From positions 140,191-204,190 of IMG/VR virus record IMGVR_UViG_3300049215_000529: DNA of 64,000 nucleotides; one strand, given 5' to 3'. Positions 56,638 through 64,000 of the stretch are shown one piece after another (position 1 is the first letter of the stretch; each line of letters begins with the position of its first letter). The notes under the pieces are model-generated. The model searched no databases, was not told the origin of the DNA, and was given only the letters and a program-made list of their open reading frames with translations. A program made the translations under genes and the position numbers.

Positions 56638-57207
56638 TAATAAAGTTGTCGTAAATCTCTTCTATGATAGATTTAAAATCGTTAATGGGCAACTCTCCTT
56701 TAAGATAATTGATGGAGTTACGACATAGAACTACATTATCTCGTGTATACCCTCTTGAAGAATCTAAACGATCAATAGATACTTTATTAGTATTATTAAT
56801 TTCCAATGATAGAGGTTTCTTTGTATAATAACATAATCCATTTTGCTGTTCCCAAAGCTGGAGCAAGAACTGTAAATCAATATCTAATGATAGATTTTTA
56901 TTAGATGCCCTGATCGTAGAAACATATAAACGATCTGCCAACACATCCCTTAAAGATGTTTTAACAAAATGTCTATCATTAAAATGTCTTTTGCTTCGAC
57001 AGCCTTGACATTCTTTGTTGAAAGAAAGATATCCTGCTTGTTCAAACTTTTTAAGGCAAGGAGTAAAATTATCTTTCAAGGGTAAAATTTTGTGACAAAC
57101 TCGACATTCAAGCTCACCACTCTCTACTCTCTACTATTCGTTTCCAGTAGAGTAGTGGCTTTATCTTTTTTATCTTGTTCACGTCTTTGTTGTGCAGGTG
57201 TTAGCAT
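56615..57207 (-). pseudogene. HNH-like endonuclease disrupted by a 14-nt tandem insertion
   Basis: MLTPAQQ...ETN joins SGELECRVCHK...CYYTK...SIDRLDS...NVVLC if (AGTAGAG)x2 within 57119-57135 is removed. Confidence 0.7.
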
Positions 57208-57237
57208 GCATATAATATATTGCATGCTCACAATATT

Positions 57238-57588
57238 TTAGTTTTTAACTGAAAATATTATATCTTTTTCACAATATGAGTTTATTAAAAAGATACATTC
57301 TTTGGCTTGCACAATGGCATCCCCAAAATAAGCGTTCTTGCAAATACTTTCCAAAAAGGACTTGATATGGGGCAATGATTCTCTTTTTACATTACCGCTT
57401 CTAATGGATTCTTCGACGCCGACTTCTAGGATATTTTCGACTTGATTCTGTATTTGCCAGCCAAGCTTATTGAACTCTCTGCAAATTGAAATGATGTCAG
57501 AGATATCTAGGGGGATGCTGTATTCGTCATCCTGGTCGTTAGAGTTTGTTTCGGAAACAGTTAAAACTTCTAAGTCTTGTGCAGTCAT
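57238..57588 (-). CDS. Hypothetical protein
   Basis: 116-aa ORF. Confidence 0.6.
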   Translation of the reverse strand: MTAQDLEVLTVSETNSNDQDDEYSIPLDISDIISICREFNKLGWQIQNQVENILEVGVEESIRSGNVKRESLPHIKSFLESICKNAYFGDAIVQAKECIFLINSYCEKDIIFSVKN

Positions 57589-57724
57589 TGCAACTCCATT
57601 TTATGAAAATCAATCAGTAAGCGGTTTTGGGAAATTCAGAATTCAATTACCTCCTCAAGTTGGTTACATAAGATATTCCATTTTATTAATATCTATCTAC
57701 TATATAACGCCTAAAACAAGGTAT

Positions 57725-58069
57725 TTATTGACTTAATTTCTTACTCGCTTCTACTGCTTTCTCATAATTGGAATTGATCTTTCTGTATAGATCGTCCGGT
57801 GCATATCCGGGGTGAGCCACTCCAGTTGAGTGAAACTCTTCAGCTTTTTTATGGCACTCCTCACACAAGGAGATACCGTTTTCTTTGACGTATCCACCGT
57901 TAGGCATAATCTTTCTGGTCACATGATGAGCGTCAAGCTCCTGCTCCGATTTCTCCTTAGAAGACTTCATGTTACACATGGCGCAACGGAAGCCGTCACG
58001 CTTGTAGCAGGCGTCTCGAAAGGCTTTTCTAATTAGTTTCTTTTCGGAGCCCATAGCGATTTCACACAA
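57725..58069 (-). CDS. HNH endonuclease-like protein
   Basis: RDGFRCAMC...DAHH...NGISLCEECH. Confidence 0.8.
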   Translation of the reverse strand: MCEIAMGSEKKLIRKAFRDACYKRDGFRCAMCNMKSSKEKSEQELDAHHVTRKIMPNGGYVKENGISLCEECHKKAEEFHSTGVAHPGYAPDDLYRKINSNYEKAVEASKKLSQ

Positions 58070-58329
58070 ATAAATTTGGCATTAACAGTGTCAGTGTCAT
58101 GCTGCTCTTCAAAACTTTCTTGCCAATCAATAAACGCGTACTGCTTATCTCGGACTGCGCAAAAATGTTTAACATGAGCTATTACATCATCTCGTACCGC
58201 AATGATTGGATACCCAGATTCTGATATGACAAATGACATATCCTCATAAGAAGCATTAGGTCTGATAGTATAACTCTCTGCGCTACATCCTATAGTCACG
58301 GCGCACATGATCACTAATAGATTTTTCAT
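58033..58329 (-). CDS. Putative lipoprotein
   Basis: Short signal peptide with TIGC lipobox. Confidence 0.55.
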   Translation of the reverse strand: MKNLLVIMCAVTIGCSAESYTIRPNASYEDMSFVISESGYPIIAVRDDVIAHVKHFCAVRDKQYAFIDWQESFEEQHDTDTVNAKFICVKSLWAPKRN

Positions 58330-58332
58330 AGC

Positions 58333-58902
58333 TCAACCGTCCATTTCTTCATAGATGACATCGAAACCGTATTCTTCGTACAACTCTTTCAAAGAATCAC
58401 GAACATCAGTATATCTTGCTGACAGATTGGTGACAGCATTCTTGCCATCATGAATCTCATAAAAAATGTCTTGCAGAATATTGCTGCCGCAAATTCGTTC
58501 CAAGCGATCTAACTCTCTGGCAAGGACGCCAATATCGCTGACCAAGAAGCTAGAGGGCAACTCTTCCAGTTCGTCTTCCTCTTGACCAATGTACTCAGCT
58601 TCCTGAGAAATGTCCACTACCTTGGGAACTTCGCGTTTGACTATCATATAGTCTGGATTCTGAATCACCAACCTGGACGAAGGTGAAGCAACGAAGTCTT
58701 CTTTACGAGCGGTCACGCTGCCAGCAAAGTGAACCAATACTTGAATACCATCGGCTGTATCTGGAATATGACGAATGGTTTCTTCACAGGCGTACTTGAC
58801 GTACACTACCAGTCTTCCATACGGGTCTACTCCAACATCATGGAACCAGTCTTTACCTTTGAACATTTCACTGAGTTGGTGCATGCCTTTAGTCGTATTC
58901 AT
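58333..58902 (-). CDS. Hypothetical protein
   Basis: 189-aa ORF downstream of a putative promoter. Confidence 0.7.
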   Translation of the reverse strand: MNTTKGMHQLSEMFKGKDWFHDVGVDPYGRLVVYVKYACEETIRHIPDTADGIQVLVHFAGSVTARKEDFVASPSSRLVIQNPDYMIVKREVPKVVDISQEAEYIGQEEDELEELPSSFLVSDIGVLARELDRLERICGSNILQDIFYEIHDGKNAVTNLSARYTDVRDSLKELYEEYGFDVIYEEMDG

Positions 58903-58927
58903 TTGATAGCTTCCTCAATTTTGAATC

Positions 58928-58955
58928 AATATAATCATGCCAAATAAAAAGTCAA
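58928..58955 (-). promoter_or_regulatory. Sigma70-like promoter
   Basis: TTGACT-N16-TATATT. Confidence 0.55.
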
Positions 58956-58988
58956 GGCGCCCCGAATCTTAAAGATTGGGAGCGCCTT
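58954..58988 (-). terminator. Intrinsic terminator after tRNA-Trp
   Basis: AAGGCGC...GCGCCTT hairpin followed on the minus strand by GACTTTTTATTT. Confidence 0.65.
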
Positions 58989-58999
58989 ACATTCTACAG

Positions 59000-59073
59000 T
59001 GGCAGGGGCAGTAGGAATCGAACCCACGTAGGAGGTGTTGGAAGCCTCAGTCTTACCATTAGACGATACCCCT
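59000..59073 (-). tRNA. tRNA-Trp(CCA)
   Basis: AGGGG acceptor; loop TTCCAAC; G73; CCA. Confidence 0.9.
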
Positions 59074-59138
59074 GTATCTTATCCTTTTTGTTGATTCCAA
59101 AGCATTGTATAGCTCAACAAGGCGATAATATTCCCAAG

Positions 59139-59230
59139 TGGCGGAAAAGGAAGGATTCGAACCTTCGGACCACCGTTAGGCGGTCTCTTGTTTTAGAGAC
59201 AAGCGGTATAATCCACTCACCCACATTTCC
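59139..59230 (-). tRNA. Amber suppressor tRNA (anticodon CTA), serine-type body
   Basis: Perfect stem CTTGT/ACAAG; loop CTCTAAA; long variable arm GACCGCC-TAAC-GGTGGTC; G73; CCA. Confidence 0.88.
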
Positions 59231-59240
59231 ATCTTACGTG

Positions 59241-59372
59241 TCAGCCAACACAATAGACTATCTCTTTAAAAGCACAACGAGAACAAACACTTTCATAGGT
59301 ACCAGCTCGTTGTATCTTATTGTTGAAGATCAACTTATGATAGCCTAGCCAACACAAAACCTTATCTATCAT
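59241..59372 (-). CDS. Small Zn-binding protein (DUF1660-like), 43 aa, not in the ORF track
   Basis: MIDKVLCWLGYHKL...VCSRC...; fills the gap between two tRNAs exactly. Confidence 0.55.
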   Translation of the reverse strand: MIDKVLCWLGYHKLIFNNKIQRAGTYESVCSRCAFKEIVYCVG

Positions 59373-59464
59373 TGGCGGAAGGTGAGGGATTCGAACCCAC
59401 GGAGGGCTTTTACACCCTCTTCAATTTAGCAAACTGACACGATAAGCCTCTCTGCCAACCTTCC
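59373..59464 (-). tRNA. tRNA-Ser(GCT)
   Basis: Loop TTGCTAA; long variable arm; G73; CCA. Confidence 0.93.
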
Positions 59465-59469
59465 GTATT

Positions 59470-59495
59470 GTATGTATTATATCTCGATATTGATA
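59470..59495 (-). promoter_or_regulatory. 26-bp promoter-like repeat, copy 1
   Basis: GTATGTATTATATCTCGATATTGATA; TATAAT on the minus strand; 25/26 identical to 61461-61486. Confidence 0.65.
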
Positions 59496-60466
59496 AGTTC
59501 GTCAGTCAAATCCTGCAATAATTCGAAGTTTTCAACGCTCTTATACTCTTCTGGAATGCCCTCTAAACCATACAGCGTGCCAGCCATAGCGCCCACTATA
59601 GCAGCCGTTGTGTCCGTATCGCCTCCACCCTTGACTGCCATCACAACACAATCTTTAAAATTATCTGTGGCGGCGAGACAATAGAAAGCGGCGGCTACCG
59701 TCTCAGGAACATAACCCCTGGTCCCGATTTCGGCAAGTGCCTCTTCTGCCGGAACCTCATCTTTCCAAAGTTCATATGCCAATTTCAATTTGGCAACAAC
59801 AATACAATCGTTAACCGAAAGGACATTAATCACTCCCGGAAGAACTCCAAGAGATGAATGTTTGACTGCTGGAACATCTCCCATAGCCAATAAAGCAGTT
59901 CCCAATGCAACTGCAATGGATCCCATTTTAGGTTCATCCGAATTGTGAGTAATGGAAGCATCTTCCACTGCAACCGACAATAGCTTGCTTAAATCATGAC
60001 GATAAGCCAAACCAATTGGTGAAGCTCTCATTGCAGTACCATTGCCACCAACAGGAGTGCCATCATTGTTAAGTGATAATCCACTTTCCAAGTAAGACAT
60101 TCCGTTCTTGATATTATGAAGAGCAGCCGCAGTAGTCCCACCAATACCTCGGGTATTACCAGACTCCATCCAAGCCAAATATCTCTGAGCAACGTCCTCA
60201 GCATTGAAGCCATTGTGTTCTACTAGGCTAGTTGCCAATGCAATACTCATTAGGGTATCGTCGGTGTATTGACCTGGTTCACCAACCCAAAACGTACCAC
60301 CAGCTTGGAACTGCCCATCCCAAGCAACTAGCTTTGGATTGTCAGCAGGCTTTGTTTCAAATGGGTTACCAAGGGCATCACCAATGGCGCAACCAACTAA
60401 TGTAGCAATCTTCTTCATTGAATACCTAATAAAATAACTGGAGGAAGTAGTAGGATTCGAACCCAC
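59477..60466 (-). CDS. ADP-ribosylglycohydrolase (ARH/DraG family), copy 2
   Basis: AIGDALG, YTDDT, GNGTAMR, TH and GGDTDT motifs; true start probably MKKIATL just after tRNA-Ser(TGA). Confidence 0.93.
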   Translation of the reverse strand: MGSNPTTSSSYFIRYSMKKIATLVGCAIGDALGNPFETKPADNPKLVAWDGQFQAGGTFWVGEPGQYTDDTLMSIALATSLVEHNGFNAEDVAQRYLAWMESGNTRGIGGTTAAALHNIKNGMSYLESGLSLNNDGTPVGGNGTAMRASPIGLAYRHDLSKLLSVAVEDASITHNSDEPKMGSIAVALGTALLAMGDVPAVKHSSLGVLPGVINVLSVNDCIVVAKLKLAYELWKDEVPAEEALAEIGTRGYVPETVAAAFYCLAATDNFKDCVVMAVKGGGDTDTTAAIVGAMAGTLYGLEGIPEEYKSVENFELLQDLTDELINIEI

Positions 60467-60529
60467 GGAAGGCTATTAACCCCCTTTCGCTTTCAAGGCG
60501 AACGCGATAAACCACTCTGCCATACTTCC
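60439..60529 (-). tRNA. tRNA-Ser(TGA)
   Basis: Loop CTTGAAA; long variable arm; CCA. Confidence 0.92.
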
Positions 60530-60734
60530 CTAATTGCTTCTACTCTCTTCTTCTCTTTAACCAAAATTTTGTCGTATTTCTTTACAAGATCCGCCATACA
60601 ACTAAGTAACCTACTTTAATGATTCATCTTCATCCACTTTCTTGAAAAGCTTTTCAACCTTAAGTTGGACATCAAGAATCTCACGACCAACTGCTCTTTT
60701 AATGCACTTATCACACATTGTTAACTCTTAATAT

Positions 60735-60822
60735 TGGAGGAAATGGTGGGATTCGAACCCACGGAACCTTTCGGTTCTCTTGTTTAGTAGACAAGCCTTA
60801 TAAACCACTCTAGCACATTTCC
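60735..60822 (-). tRNA. tRNA-Ser(ACT), rare A34 anticodon
   Basis: Stem CTTGT/ACAAG; loop CTACTAA; long variable arm; CCA. Confidence 0.85.
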
Positions 60823-60825
60823 ACT

Positions 60826-60915
60826 TGGAGGAATGGGAGGGATTCGAACCCTCGGACGTCTTGCGACGCCACAACCTTTCCAGGGTTGCCAGTTAAGCCA
60901 CTCCTGCACCATTCC
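60826..60915 (-). tRNA. tRNA-Ser(GGA)
   Basis: Loop CTGGAAA; long variable arm; CCA. Confidence 0.93.
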
Positions 60916-61378
60916 CTATTCTCCTTAAGTAATGCTCTTCCGCATGACATAAGGGGCATATTAATTCTAGATTATTGATATCGTCCGGACCACCTTTTGA
61001 TTTTTCTATTATATGATGAATGTGTAATATTGGATACTTATTGTATCCGCATCTTTTACATTCATTACCATGTAATGAAATTAGCCTATTTCTAAGAGCT
61101 TCTAAATCTTTTACCTTATCTTTTACTGGTCTACCAAGCTGTTTATATCTCAAACCAATTTTTTGTTTATTGGCACATTTTCGACTACATGTCTTTTTAT
61201 GTTGACGTGACAAAATCATATTGTCACACATAGTACATTTATTAAGCTTCTGTTGCGACTTTCCTTTGCATTCATGTGAACAAAAGATTACTGTCGTTTT
61301 TGCTAACTGAGCAGGTCGTCTATAGATTGGTTTATTGCAAATCGAACCTGGAATATATGCCAAATTCATCTTACTCAT
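60893..61378 (-). CDS. HNH endonuclease inserted in the tRNA array
   Basis: FCS/TCS Zn repeats; CKRCG...HIHHI...NNLELICPLCH; 3' end overlaps tRNA-Ser(GGA). Confidence 0.85.
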   Translation of the reverse strand: MSKMNLAYIPGSICNKPIYRRPAQLAKTTVIFCSHECKGKSQQKLNKCTMCDNMILSRQHKKTCSRKCANKQKIGLRYKQLGRPVKDKVKDLEALRNRLISLHGNECKRCGYNKYPILHIHHIIEKSKGGPDDINNLELICPLCHAEEHYLRRIGNGAGVA

Positions 61379-61455
61379 TGGAGTCGTAGGCGAGATTCGA
61401 ACTCGCAACCAACAGTTTTGCAGACTGTGCCCAATTCCAATATGGGATCTACGAC
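61379..61455 (-). tRNA. tRNA-Cys(GCA)
   Basis: Loop CTGCAAA; U73; CCA. Confidence 0.92.
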
Positions 61456-61460
61456 TTAGT

Positions 61461-61486
61461 GTATGTATTATATCGCGATATTGATA
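61461..61486 (-). promoter_or_regulatory. 26-bp promoter-like repeat, copy 2
   Basis: GTATGTATTATATCGCGATATTGATA, immediately upstream of tRNA-Cys. Confidence 0.65.
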
Positions 61487-61488
61487 GC

Positions 61489-61794
61489 TTAAATGAATGC
61501 TTTTAGCTTGATAATTTTAAGCATTTCTTCTTCTGTAACCCACTTATCCACGCCCCAATATAACCATTTGTCAGGAGGACAATTTTCCCATAATTTGGCG
61601 TAAACTCTCGGTTCATCTTCGAGCCATTTGAGTTCTGCCGCACTTATAGCTATGCTATGACCATGAATATCACCATTAGGTGTGAGGAAAACCATTTCAG
61701 GAGTTTCTTCGTCATCCAATTTAAGCTTCCCCGCTCTTTCAAAGAAAGCCCTAATTTTAGGATGCATATCTTCAATTCTGAGATATTTTATCAT
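61489..61794 (-). CDS. Hypothetical protein
   Basis: 101-aa coupled ORF. Confidence 0.6.
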   Translation of the reverse strand: MIKYLRIEDMHPKIRAFFERAGKLKLDDEETPEMVFLTPNGDIHGHSIAISAAELKWLEDEPRVYAKLWENCPPDKWLYWGVDKWVTEEEMLKIIKLKAFI

Positions 61795-62327
61795 TCCTTG
61801 AGGACTTTATCCGCCAAACTGAAATTGGTAAATCTTTTATCTTTTGTTACTTCCTTCATGACTTTGAGGAACGGAGGTAACTCCACAGTGTCATCCTTGT
61901 CCTTCAATTCAATCTCAAGAATAGCCAAGCCTCTTAGATGTTCTTTGAACAAATCTAACTCAAATATCTGATCATGGTAATTGAAAACGAATCTGGTCTT
62001 ACTTATGGTACACTTGGATGGATTTGATTTCTTCAAGAATTTCTCATATTCTTTTTCGGAAATCTCGTGCTCCGTCTCTTCATGAACTCCGGTATCGCCA
62101 GTCGGCTTCTTCTGATTGAAATGGAAAACCGTATCGGTATCTCCACTCAAACCCTCAACTGTCTTCCTAACACGAGCGGCTGGCTCATCCCCTTTGGGAG
62201 TTAGATAGGTTTGACTGATTCGTTTGACATCCACGATTCCATCAAAAAGTTCGGCTAATGCTGACCACGACTTTGGAAATTTTACTAAGAATTTACGCTC
62301 AATTTCTAGCTTAGTACTCATTGCCAA
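61791..62327 (-). CDS. CYTH-domain (triphosphate tunnel) protein
   Basis: EIERKF, QTYL, RVR, KTR, ELD and EIEL motifs. Confidence 0.9.
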   Translation of the reverse strand: MAMSTKLEIERKFLVKFPKSWSALAELFDGIVDVKRISQTYLTPKGDEPAARVRKTVEGLSGDTDTVFHFNQKKPTGDTGVHEETEHEISEKEYEKFLKKSNPSKCTISKTRFVFNYHDQIFELDLFKEHLRGLAILEIELKDKDDTVELPPFLKVMKEVTKDKRFTNFSLADKVLKE

Positions 62328-62850
62328 GCCTGATCTTTTACGATCTCAAATATAGTGGAAATTCCTACATCATATTTTTTAGATAACATTGTTATCGCTC
62401 CATATTTTGAGCCAGTCTTAGGGTTTTTGAAATCATTATATTCTGTTCTAATTTGATTAACTTGCCATAGTGTTAAAACAGAATTAGCATTACCGCCACC
62501 CCTACGACTAACGGACATATGCTTTTTAGTTTTAGAAGAATGTTTGGTTCCTTTTCGAGAAAATCCTCCACCTTCTAATGTATTGTAACCATGTTTTATG
62601 CTATCAAACTTATGTATAAAGTAAGTTTCCCAATAATCAGACTTCTCTTGAGTATGACAAATGGTTAGTAGCTCAATCCAAAAATTTTCACTACCATACT
62701 TTTTAAGTGCTCTTCTTAGTTTTATGCAGTGATTATATGTACTAGGCAGCAAGTGGGCGTGCCATCTAACGGCAAGTGAACGCCAAGTTTGTCCAACATA
62801 GACTTTGTTGTTGATAGTATTTTAACCACATAGATAAGACAGAAAGTCAT
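62318..62850 (-). pseudogene. GIY-YIG homing endonuclease with NUMOD3-like tail, frameshifted
   Basis: MTFCLIYVVK joins NTINNKVYVGQTW...RW..H if one A is added to the A4 run (forward T4 at 62820-62823). Confidence 0.8.
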
Positions 62851-62875
62851 ATTTGACTATATAACTTTCGTTCAA

Positions 62876-63199
62876 TCACTCTATTGGCATGGGAATGGTG
62901 GCATTGTGAATTTTGATGCCAAGGGAGGGCAAATGTAACCACGATAGCAGCTGCATCAAGGGGTGACCGACCAAATTGTGGACCGCCCATCGATGACGAA
63001 GGTACTTCATTCGCTTACCTTCCAAAGCCTCTGGGCACAGCCTCATGACCAAATTTAACGCCTCTACCCCACTAACAACCTCGTCTACATGCCCAATTCT
63101 TTTAACCACAACTCTACCTTTAGTAGGTAAATCTTCATAAGAAACTAAGGTAATGTCTTGGCTGTTAACTATATTTCCATTATAATGTACAAAAGTCAT
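62876..63199 (-). CDS. Hypothetical protein
   Basis: 107-aa ORF containing HNLVGHP. Confidence 0.65.
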   Translation of the reverse strand: MTFVHYNGNIVNSQDITLVSYEDLPTKGRVVVKRIGHVDEVVSGVEALNLVMRLCPEALEGKRMKYLRHRWAVHNLVGHPLMQLLSWLHLPSLGIKIHNATIPMPIE

Positions 63200-64000
63200 T
63201 TGACTTCCACCACATTACGATTTACTTGGTCAGTAGACTTGGACAGATCAAAATTTCTCTCAATGAAGTCAATTACCTTCTTAGGATCGATGCTATGATT
63301 GAAAACGATGTTTGGTCCATGCTGGTCTAGAAAGACGCATTTGACACCCGGAACCTCTTCCCTAAGACCAATGCTAGTGTTCTTTCCACACTCATGACTA
63401 CCACACTCGAAATACTTCTGTTCCCTAACTGACAGCTTAGCTTCTGGCTTAGGCGGGCAATGGAAGTGAACAATGCAGTCTGTTTCAGGATGATCCTTGA
63501 ATACAATCCTTTGAGACTGTCCACCAACAGATGGCTTGGCTCCATGGGCAATCACCGAATTATCGCCATCAGCTTCACACAAAACCACTCCAACCTTGCT
63601 TAGGTTGTTGAAGTCTGTCTTACGCATAGACGTAATGAACTTAGAGTCACTGACCTTGAATGCGAAGTGACCAACGGTAGATCCATTGAAAGGTTTGTAT
63701 GCTCCCTTGGCAATGCAGTGATCAACAACCGCCTTCAAAGAATGGGGAATGTTGTCCATATCCCATGGAACTAGGTAGCCGGGAACCACAGTAGAGCGAG
63801 TAAACTTAGCATCTGCTCTATGGATTGTCATCTTAGCCAAATTCTCAAGAGCTTCCTTGCGATTAGTGGTAACACAGTAGCGAGCCTGCTCAGGAGTAAT
63901 GATCATGTTGACGCGAGTCTTAGTATCATTAGCCAAAACAAGGTTACAGCTGGAGGATTTGAGCAAGTGCAATCCAGTTAAAAACTGCTCATCTGCTGTA
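63196..64000 (-). CDS. Class II aldolase/adducin-like domain protein, 5'-truncated by the window edge
   Basis: Frame open to the window end; GHFAFK...KPS...IVHFH motif; N-terminal CNLVLAND resembles the CoaB/DFP C-terminal motif. Confidence 0.6.
   Translation of the reverse strand, partial: TADEQFLTGLHLLKSSSCNLVLANDTKTRVNMIITPEQARYCVTTNRKEALENLAKMTIHRADAKFTRSTVVPGYLVPWDMDNIPHSLKAVVDHCIAKGAYKPFNGSTVGHFAFKVSDSKFITSMRKTDFNNLSKVGVVLCEADGDNSVIAHGAKPSVGGQSQRIVFKDHPETDCIVHFHCPPKPEAKLSVREQKYFECGSHECGKNTSIGLREEVPGVKCVFLDQHGPNIVFNHSIDPKKVIDFIERNFDLSKSTDQVNRNVVEVK

Noticed and set aside
60530-60710. Possible frameshifted small ORF between tRNA-Ser genes (MCDKCIKR...)
   Set aside because: It needs an assumed frameshift and has no recognisable motif; too weak to call.
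1-64000. CRISPR array
   Set aside because: No series of three or more equal-length direct repeats with unique spacers was seen; the repeats found are pairs or dyads.
1-64000. Full stop-codon reassignment (TAG to amino acid)
   Set aside because: Conserved genes are full length under code 11, and only one convincing in-frame TAG was found.
1-64000. Giant eukaryotic virus origin, suggested by PARP, Thg1, Pth2, mitochondrial-type PheRS and Kelch
   Set aside because: Overlapping bacterial-style operons, SD sequences, sigma70 promoters, lipoprotein signals, EF-Ts, GroES and CCA-encoding bacterial tRNAs point to a bacterial host.

Overview
This window is an AT-rich, gene-dense segment with standard genetic code 11. 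It reads best as part of a large (jumbo/huge) bacteriophage genome, and this assignment is inferred. Genes are packed head-to-tail, mostly on the minus strand with ATGA-type overlaps. The window carries many free-standing homing endonucleases and 17 tRNA genes clustered by amino acid, but no rRNA or core cell-division or ribosomal operons. It has four main gene groups. (1) NAD+/ADP-ribose genes: a WGR-regulatory-catalytic PARP, NADAR, a divergent NADAR-like gene, a macrodomain, two ADP-ribosylglycohydrolases, NAMPT plus NMNAT-Nudix salvage, a SLOG protein and an NAD-dependent ligase. (2) Translation and tRNA-maintenance genes: single-chain mitochondrial-type PheRS, EF-Ts, Pth2, a Thg1-like enzyme, a class II nucleotidyltransferase, an Rnl2-like ligase, a 2H phosphoesterase, an RlmN/Cfr-like radical SAM enzyme and a small alarmone hydrolase. 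(3) Auxiliary metabolism: isocitrate lyase, a pyruvate-kinase-like protein, a fatty-acid hydroxylase, a GT4 and a pyruvyltransferase. (4) A J-domain kinase/vWA cluster. The most notable observation is a Ser-type amber suppressor tRNA (CUA) in a region where TAG is almost never used as a stop but does interrupt a NADAR-like gene in frame. All calls come from manual motif recognition; no database searches were run.
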